45,171 nucleotides of DNA from an uncultured Planctomycetales bacterium (GTDB taxonomy: Bacteria; Omnitrophota; Gorgyraeia; Zapsychrales; GWA2-47-8), in NCBI GenBank assembly GCA_964359575.1, contig CAYHTV010000003.1, positions 1 through 45,171 of the forward strand. Reading direction: 5' to 3'. Shown here in pieces: positions 38,930 to 45,171 of the stretch (the stretch's first letter is position 1; the number at the start of each line of letters is the position of its first letter). The notes under the pieces were generated by a model. The model made no database searches, was not told the origin of the DNA, and was given only the letters and a program-made list of their open reading frames with translations. A program made the translations under genes and the position numbers.

Positions 38930-39035
38930 CAATAATTTTTGAGAAAACGAATTCAGCCGTTAAAAAGAATTCTTACGCCTTGGTGATTTTGCCGGCTTTG
39001 ATGCAGCCGGTGCAGACGAGAATTGTCTTGATGGT
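38930..39035 (-). repeat. Duplicate of the rpmB 3' end and downstream sequence (att-like direct repeat)
   Basis: 38973-39035 matches 40584-40646 at 60/63 nt; weaker similarity continues about 40 nt past the stop. Confidence 0.9.
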
Positions 39036-39038
39036 AGC

Positions 39039-39068
39039 AGCTGAGGGACCTAAATTCGTCCCTCAGCT
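39039..39068. other. 11-bp perfect hairpin at the cassette junction
   Basis: agctgagggac-ctaaattc-gtccctcagct. Confidence 0.7.
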
Positions 39069-39089
39069 TAGTAGCGCCGTGGCAGTAAT

Positions 39090-40445
39090 CTATTTTTTTT
39101 GCCAAAGAGGTTCAATTGTGTATAAAGGAAGCTGAGGCAGGGATATAACCACAGTATTCCATTTTTGAAGATTACTATTATGTCCTAAAATAAGTTTTAC
39201 GGAAAATTTTTGATTCGCCGCATCGTATTCGGTAAAAGCAACAGCGAGGTTATAAATTGCGGAATTGGGAAGTGCGTATACACTGTCTGAAAGATTAAAC
39301 CCACCAACACGAGCATTGTTGGGTACTGTATAAACGGTATTTTTTGTCCAACTCCATTGATTGTTTATAAGTAATCCGTCGTAGAGATCAATAGTGTTTC
39401 TAATGGGGAGGCAGATACCAAAATTGCACACGAGGCTGTTTATATCGACAGCAATATAACCGCTTTGATTGTTCGATGCCATCAGTTGATGAGCAAAATA
39501 TGCCTGAGGGAAAGACAGATAATTGACCCAAGTTCCAGCGCTTGACTTGTAGAGAAAACTAATTCCTCTTGGATCTGTCTGGATGTTAAGGGGTTCCGCC
39601 ATTGTCAAATGTGACGCGTTTAAATTTCCTTGTTTTAATGAGTTGAAACGATCGTTTGAATAGGCTGGGTTCGTGGTCGTAGGTAAGGCTATGGCCGGAA
39701 CGACAATATTTCCATTAAGGTCTATGGACATAATTTCAGGGGCAGGAGGAAGAGGATTGCCACTAAAAATATTAGGTTGAGGGTAGTACATGACCTGAAT
39801 TTGACGGTTCGTAGTATCGAGCGTTGCCGCAAATTCTGAGGTAAATCCTCCTGTCAAGGATATAACTACTGGAGTCCCTATTGGGACAAATTGAGGTACG
39901 GCAGGTGTCTTTTTAAACAAGCTCAGTGTTGCAGCGTTTTGATTATTAAGAGGGGAAAGATTGATAGTCACTAAATAGTATTCCGCAGATATTGAGTCAT
40001 AAAGGATTTCGGTTTCAAGTAAGTTGCCGGGAAGGGAGATTTTCTGGGTAATCATTTTCGCGATATCCCCTTGCGGAAGAGTTACTATCGTAATGTCGGG
40101 GATTTGACTCACCGGCAAAGCGATGGTGAGAGTATTATCTGGGGCAATATGAGACATTGTGTTATATAAACTAGGCGATAAATTATTTAAAAGCCTTGAA
40201 TCCAAAACAGTCCTTTTATTAAGGACATTAACCTGTGCCAAATGCAATTCTGTAGGACCTTGGCTTGATGCTCGACTCAGATAAACTAGATTTAAATCGT
40301 AAGGCGTAGAAGGATAAAAGGGTTGAGTTTGAGTGACAGTTTGTTGAAAAGCCGCTGAGGCCGCGGAACAGCTAATCGCTAGCAAATATCCAAATATTAA
40401 AAGTAAAAATTTTTTTATGAATACTTCATTTAAATAAGTTACCAT
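39090..40445 (-). CDS. Secreted hypothetical protein (451 aa), beta-rich
   Basis: SD aaggagg; signal peptide ...SAASAA; composition like 37492-38850. Confidence 0.8.
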   Translation of the reverse strand: MVTYLNEVFIKKFLLLIFGYLLAISCSAASAAFQQTVTQTQPFYPSTPYDLNLVYLSRASSQGPTELHLAQVNVLNKRTVLDSRLLNNLSPSLYNTMSHIAPDNTLTIALPVSQIPDITIVTLPQGDIAKMITQKISLPGNLLETEILYDSISAEYYLVTINLSPLNNQNAATLSLFKKTPAVPQFVPIGTPVVISLTGGFTSEFAATLDTTNRQIQVMYYPQPNIFSGNPLPPAPEIMSIDLNGNIVVPAIALPTTTNPAYSNDRFNSLKQGNLNASHLTMAEPLNIQTDPRGISFLYKSSAGTWVNYLSFPQAYFAHQLMASNNQSGYIAVDINSLVCNFGICLPIRNTIDLYDGLLINNQWSWTKNTVYTVPNNARVGGFNLSDSVYALPNSAIYNLAVAFTEYDAANQKFSVKLILGHNSNLQKWNTVVISLPQLPLYTIEPLWQKK

Positions 40446-40583
40446 AATTCCTCCTTGGTATTTTTTGGTTTTTTAAAAATATCATGCTATTTTTGTCATC
40501 TTAGAAAGGATATACTCATTCCTGGAAAAAAGCAAGAATACCAAAAAATTTTGAGAAAACGCTCTCAGCCGTTAAATAATTTT

Positions 40584-40808
40584 TTACGCTTTGGTGATTT
40601 TGCCGGCTTTGATACAGCCGGTGCAGACGAGGATTGTCTTGATGGTGCCTTGGAGGTTGACTTTGACTCGCTGGAGATTAGGGAGGAAGCGGCGTAATGT
40701 TTTGCCGACGATTTTAGAACCGGCCCCGCCTTTACGCCTGATCATACCGCGTCTTTTATATTTATTTCCGGGGATTGATCCTTTTTCGCAAATGGCGCAT
40801 CTTTTCAT
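40584..40808 (-). CDS. rpmB: 50S ribosomal protein L28
   Basis: CAICEK...GN...RRFLPNLQ...VCTGCIKAGK. Confidence 0.95.
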   Translation of the reverse strand: MKRCAICEKGSIPGNKYKRRGMIRRKGGAGSKIVGKTLRRFLPNLQRVKVNLQGTIKTILVCTGCIKAGKITKA

Positions 40809-40823
40809 AGAAGATTCCTGATG

Positions 40824-40902
40824 AACTTAAAAGTTAAAGGTCAAAACTTAAAATGAGAGAGCGTATATTAGTTTTGACTTTTTAGTTTTGAATTTTAACT
40901 TT
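40824..40902. repeat. Periodic AT-rich inverted repeat, family C, upstream of rpmB
   Basis: aacttaaaagttaaaggtcaaaact...agttttgactttttagttttgaattttaactt. Confidence 0.7.
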
Positions 40903-40972
40903 CTTTAGTTTGCTATTTAATGAAGTATGAGTATAATGGAAAAAGATATTTTGTCAATTATTTTTTGTCCAG

Positions 40973-42715
40973 GTGGAGCAAATGACCGGAATAGCCAAAG
41001 ACCTCAATTTTGCAGCCTTGCCGCATTATCAAAAGCGAAAATTTTTACCCGAAAAAGTCAATTTTAGCAATAAAGAGGAAGCGGCGGCGGTCTATGAAAG
41101 GCTGCTGAGCCGCTCCATTAACTCAGCCAAAGATTTAGAGCAATGGCTGCTGGACCGTTCGGAATTAGAAACCGCCTTAGATCAAGCCGGATCGGTACTC
41201 TACATCCGCATGACCTGCCAGACAAACGACCCAGAGAGAGCCAAGGCCTATCAGCATTTTATCGAAACGGTCGTACCAGCGGTTAAACCTCTTGACCATC
41301 AGCTTAATCAAAAATATTTGCAGGCAGTGAGCAATTTTCCGTTGGAGTCTAAGCGTTATGCGCTGTATGATCGGCGGATTCGCAGTGATATGGATTTATT
41401 TCGTCAGGAGAATATCCCTCTGCAGACCGCGGTGGCGCTTTTGGCACAGGAATATCAAACGATCTGCGGCGCGATGATGGTCAATTTTCAAAGTAAAGAG
41501 CAGACACTCCCGCAGATGGGGAAATTTTTGCTGGAGCCTGAGCGTGGACTGCGTGAGGCAGCCTGGCGCGCCACAGCCCATCGGCGGCTTCAGGATAGCG
41601 CCAAACTGGATGCTCTCTTCGATGAAATGCTCAAACTCCGCGATAAAATTGCCCACAATGCGGGACTGAAGAATTTCTGTGAATATCAATTCCAAACCTA
41701 TCATCGTTTCGATTACACGCAGAAAGATTGTGAACAATACCATCAAGCCATTGAGCAACTGGTTGTTCCTCTTTGGAAAAAGATTTTGGAGAAACGCCGT
41801 CAACAGATGAAGCTGGATACTCTCCGTCCTTGGGATACGGCAGTGGATCCTTTGGGAAGAAAGCCGCTTAAGCCATTTCAAGAAGTCCCCGAGCTGCTGG
41901 AGGGGGTAAAGAATATTTTTTTAAAAATGGATCAAGACCTAGGCCAACAATTCGCCGAAATGATAAAGCTTGGTCTTTTGGATTTAGCCAGTTATAAAGG
42001 CAAGGCGCCAGGCGGGTACCAAACCGTTTTGGCCGAGGCGCGCAAACCTTTTATTTTTATGAATGCCGTTGGCGTCGACGATGATGTGCGTACCCTTTTG
42101 CATGAAGCAGGGCACGCCTTTCATGCGCTTGCCAGCAGTCATCATCCGTTGTTTGCCTATCGTCATGCGCCTATGGAATTTTGCGAAGTTGCTTCGATGA
42201 GTATGGAACTTTTAGGCGGTGAGTACTTATCGGTTTTTTATGATTCCGAAGATTGGCAGCGCTCGCATGCGATACAACTTGAGGAAATGGTTTATATCTT
42301 GATTTGGGTGGCGGTGATTGACGCTTTTCAGCAATGGATTTATCAGAGCCCTGACCATAACTTAGAGGAAAGATCCGCGGCATGGCTGCGGATTCATCGC
42401 CGTTTTGGCGCGGACTTAGTTGATTGGAGCGGCTTGGAAAAAGAGCAGGGCTGGCTGTGGCACCGGCAGCTGCATATTTTTGAAGTACCTTTTTATTATA
42501 TTGAGTACGGCATCGCGCAACTGGGGGCCTTACAGTTATGGACAAGGGCGAAGAAAGATTTAGCCGGGACGTTGGCTGATTATCGCAAGGCCTTGAGTCT
42601 CGGAGCCTCACGTCCGCTGCCAGAGCTGTTTACCGCGGCTGGTCTAAAATTTGATTTTTCAGAAAAGACAATTGCCCCGCTCATGCAGGCGATCAAAGCA
42701 GAGCTAAAAGTTTAA
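40973..42715 (+). CDS. M3 family oligoendopeptidase
   Basis: HEAGHAFH, EVASMSME, PFYYIEY. Confidence 0.93.
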   Translation: MEQMTGIAKDLNFAALPHYQKRKFLPEKVNFSNKEEAAAVYERLLSRSINSAKDLEQWLLDRSELETALDQAGSVLYIRMTCQTNDPERAKAYQHFIETVVPAVKPLDHQLNQKYLQAVSNFPLESKRYALYDRRIRSDMDLFRQENIPLQTAVALLAQEYQTICGAMMVNFQSKEQTLPQMGKFLLEPERGLREAAWRATAHRRLQDSAKLDALFDEMLKLRDKIAHNAGLKNFCEYQFQTYHRFDYTQKDCEQYHQAIEQLVVPLWKKILEKRRQQMKLDTLRPWDTAVDPLGRKPLKPFQEVPELLEGVKNIFLKMDQDLGQQFAEMIKLGLLDLASYKGKAPGGYQTVLAEARKPFIFMNAVGVDDDVRTLLHEAGHAFHALASSHHPLFAYRHAPMEFCEVASMSMELLGGEYLSVFYDSEDWQRSHAIQLEEMVYILIWVAVIDAFQQWIYQSPDHNLEERSAAWLRIHRRFGADLVDWSGLEKEQGWLWHRQLHIFEVPFYYIEYGIAQLGALQLWTRAKKDLAGTLADYRKALSLGASRPLPELFTAAGLKFDFSEKTIAPLMQAIKAELKV

Positions 42716-42788
42716 GAGTTAAGTTAAACCTTGAGGGGGCTGGTAAGCCGCAGTAAAATACATTTTTAATGATTTTGGAATACAATTC

Positions 42789-43349
42789 ATGACCCTGAGT
42801 AAAAACAATTTCAAAAATAAGAAAGTAAACATTGTTTATGAAGGAAAATTTATCCGTTTCGTGAAATTAGCTGAGTGGGAATTCGTTGAGCGGGTTAATT
42901 GTACCGCCATTGTCATTATCGTAGCCATGACCCATGATTATAAAGTGGTTTTGACCGAGCAGTATCGGCCGCCGGTCAAACGTAAGGTGATCGAATTTCC
43001 GGCTGGTCTGGTTAATGACGAAGCCGAGAAGGAAAGTATTTTTGCGGCAGCCAAGCGGGAGTTATTTGAGGAAACCGGTTATGAGGCCAAGCGGATGATC
43101 AAGTTGATTACCGGGCCGGTGTCGAGCGGTTTTACCTCAGATAGGGTGACGATTCTAAAGGCCGTGGATATTAAAAAGGCAGGGCCTGGCGGAGGCGATA
43201 TGTTAGAAAATATCACTGTGTACGAAATCCCTCTTGCTCAGGTGGAATCCTGGCTCGTGCAGATGCAAAAAAAGGGGCGACTGGTGGATCCCAAGATTTA
43301 CGCGGGTTTATATTTTCTTAATAAGAGTCGGAAGGTGAAAAATTGTTGA
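42789..43349 (+). CDS. NUDIX hydrolase (ADP-ribose pyrophosphatase-like)
   Basis: EQYRPP, EFPAGL...AAKRELFEETGY. Confidence 0.92.
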   Translation: MTLSKNNFKNKKVNIVYEGKFIRFVKLAEWEFVERVNCTAIVIIVAMTHDYKVVLTEQYRPPVKRKVIEFPAGLVNDEAEKESIFAAAKRELFEETGYEAKRMIKLITGPVSSGFTSDRVTILKAVDIKKAGPGGGDMLENITVYEIPLAQVESWLVQMQKKGRLVDPKIYAGLYFLNKSRKVKNC

Positions 43350-43954
43350 AAAAAAACTTGTTTTTGTTAGTATTAAGCTCTGTTATGACTGGCTGCGCCG
43401 GATCAGCGGTTTTGAATATCCCGCCACAATTTACCCTTAATCCCAAAACACAGAATAGTATCGTTTTGGGAAAAATAGTTTTTGAAGGGATTGCACCGGG
43501 ATTTGGGGAGCTTCTCTTTGTTGTCCAGGACACGGCCATTGAAAAGGACTATTTTCTCAAGTTGGCTCCGCCGCAAATCCGGGATAATGACGCAGGGGAC
43601 GCAAGACGCGTGGATTATCATTATTTTGTGGAGCTGCCTGCGGGGCATTACAGTATCAGGGAAATTGCCGCAACGCACAGCAAGTTTGAAATCGTTGAGG
43701 CCTATTTACTGCATGCCAATTTTACCATCCCGCAAAGTTCCATTGTTTACATTGGAACGATTAAGGTTAAAAATATAAAAAGTTCGTTGAATCTGCTGGC
43801 GCCGATCACGGAGAATGAAATTGTCGATGAGCGCAGCGAAGTGACCAAGATTTTTAAGGAAAATTATCCGCAGTTTCAGGGCCAAAGGGTTGAAACGAAA
43901 CTCATTGATGAATATGAGTTTTTTAAAGAGGGCGGCATAGGCGGGAAATTTTAA
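43343..43954 (+). CDS. Hypothetical lipoprotein
   Basis: Lipobox MTGC; LPAGHY, IVYIGTI. Confidence 0.7.
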   Translation: MLKKNLFLLVLSSVMTGCAGSAVLNIPPQFTLNPKTQNSIVLGKIVFEGIAPGFGELLFVVQDTAIEKDYFLKLAPPQIRDNDAGDARRVDYHYFVELPAGHYSIREIAATHSKFEIVEAYLLHANFTIPQSSIVYIGTIKVKNIKSSLNLLAPITENEIVDERSEVTKIFKENYPQFQGQRVETKLIDEYEFFKEGGIGGKF

Positions 43955-43995
43955 CATTGTTGCGTGTTAACCCACCATGAAAGAAGGAGTGAGAA

Positions 43996-45054
43996 GTGAT
44001 GAACATCACACAGATAACGGATATTTTAGGAAAAGATGCAAAAAATTTACTAGACCATAAATGCGAAACCATTCCTAAAGAGGATTTGACGCTGCCGGGA
44101 GGGGATTTTGTCGATCGGATTTTTATAGGAACGGAGCGGCCAAACAATGTATTAAAACATCTCAACTGGATTTATCATCACGGCCGATTAGGTGGAACCG
44201 GATACCTTTCCATTCTTCCCGTTGATCAAGGGATCGAGCATTCCGCCGGCGCCTCTTTTGCCCCGAACCCCGCGTATTTTGACCCAGAAAACATTGTTAA
44301 ATTAGCCATCGAAGGCGGCTGTAACGCTGTTGCCTCAACACTTGGCGTCTTAGGTCTAGTCTCGCGCCGGTATGCCCACAAAATTCCGTTTGTTGTCAAA
44401 ATTAATCATAATGAATTTTTAACATATCCAAATAAATATGATCAGATTCTTTTTGCCAATGTCGAGCAGGCCTTTGCGATGGGAGCGGCCGGGGTTGGCG
44501 CGACCATCTATTTTGGTTCTGAGGAATCCGCCCGCCAGATTCAAGAAGTCACACAAGCCTTCGCCCGCGCTCACGAATTAGGATTATTTACGATCCTTTG
44601 GTGCTATACCCGCAACGCGGCTTTTAAGCAGGGCGATAAAGATTATCATACGGCAGCGGATTTGACCGGCCAGGCCAATCATCTGGGTGTGACGATCGAG
44701 GCGGATATCATCAAGCAGAAACTCCCCAACTGTAACGGCGGTTACAATGCCCTGAAGTTTGGAAAGACCCATAAATTGGTTTATGAAAAATTGAGTTCCG
44801 ATCATCCGATTGACTTGACGCGCTATCAAGTGGCGAACTGTTACATGGGCAAAATCGGTTTGATCAATTCTGGCGGTGCTTCCGGAGAGAATGATTTGCA
44901 AGAAGCCGTGGCCACCGCTGTCATCAACAAGCGCGCTGGCGGTATGGGTTTGATTTCGGGCCGTAAGGCCTTTCAGAAGCCTATGAAAGAGGGTGTCTCA
45001 TTGCTTAATGCCATTCAAGATGTATATCTGTGTAAGGAAGTAACCGTGGCTTAG
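43996..45054 (+). CDS. fbaB: Class I fructose-bisphosphate aldolase (DhnA type)
   Basis: [35 protein letters not shown]. Confidence 0.96.
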   Translation: MMNITQITDILGKDAKNLLDHKCETIPKEDLTLPGGDFVDRIFIGTERPNNVLKHLNWIYHHGRLGGTGYLSILPVDQGIEHSAGASFAPNPAYFDPENIVKLAIEGGCNAVASTLGVLGLVSRRYAHKIPFVVKINHNEFLTYPNKYDQILFANVEQAFAMGAAGVGATIYFGSEESARQIQEVTQAFARAHELGLFTILWCYTRNAAFKQGDKDYHTAADLTGQANHLGVTIEADIIKQKLPNCNGGYNALKFGKTHKLVYEKLSSDHPIDLTRYQVANCYMGKIGLINSGGASGENDLQEAVATAVINKRAGGMGLISGRKAFQKPMKEGVSLLNAIQDVYLCKEVTVA

Positions 45055-45120
45055 AATAGGTTTTTATTAATGCGCACAAGTGCTTGCAGTACAAATGGTT
45101 ATGATTTGTTTAAGTTTGCT

Positions 45121-45171
45121 TATTGACCTTTGTAGAACCAAAAGAATTGAGGTAGTCAATATTGGCCTTTG
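45121..45171 (+). mobile_element. Element A, left 51 nt, truncated by window end
   Basis: Identical to the first 51 nt of the 6256 copy. Confidence 0.9.

Noticed and set aside
1-45171. Circular element suggested by complementary repeat halves at both ends
   Set aside because: Content is core chromosomal genes with no rep or integrase, and the ends do not overlap; a repeat-induced break is more likely

Overview
A bacterial chromosomal segment, almost all on the + strand. The gene content is compatible with a PVC-group/Omnitrophota-like genome, but that is inference only. It carries housekeeping genes (polA, glgA, coaE, rho, rpmE, prfA, prmC, murA, trpGDCF, trpBA, rsfS, argS, recJ, rpmB, fbaB), an envelope/lipoprotein cluster, a Phd/YefM-RelE toxin-antitoxin pair and a c-di-GMP-I riboswitch. 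The window is dense in short non-coding repeats and has no transposase. Element A (103 bp, TA-flanked, MITE-like) has 5 full copies plus partial copies at both window ends. Element B (93 bp, two hairpins, no target duplication) has 4 copies; one splits an inositol-monophosphatase gene in frame and supplies a possible RBS and TTG restart. There are also several 7-8 nt periodic hairpins, mostly just upstream of start codons, and one nested REP/MITE. Other highlights: an unannotated 57-aa basic ORF resembling the archaeal chromatin protein CC1 behind a near-consensus promoter, and a duplicated rpmB 3' end with only synonymous differences that brackets an integrase-free single-gene cassette next to a similar-sized secreted-protein gene.
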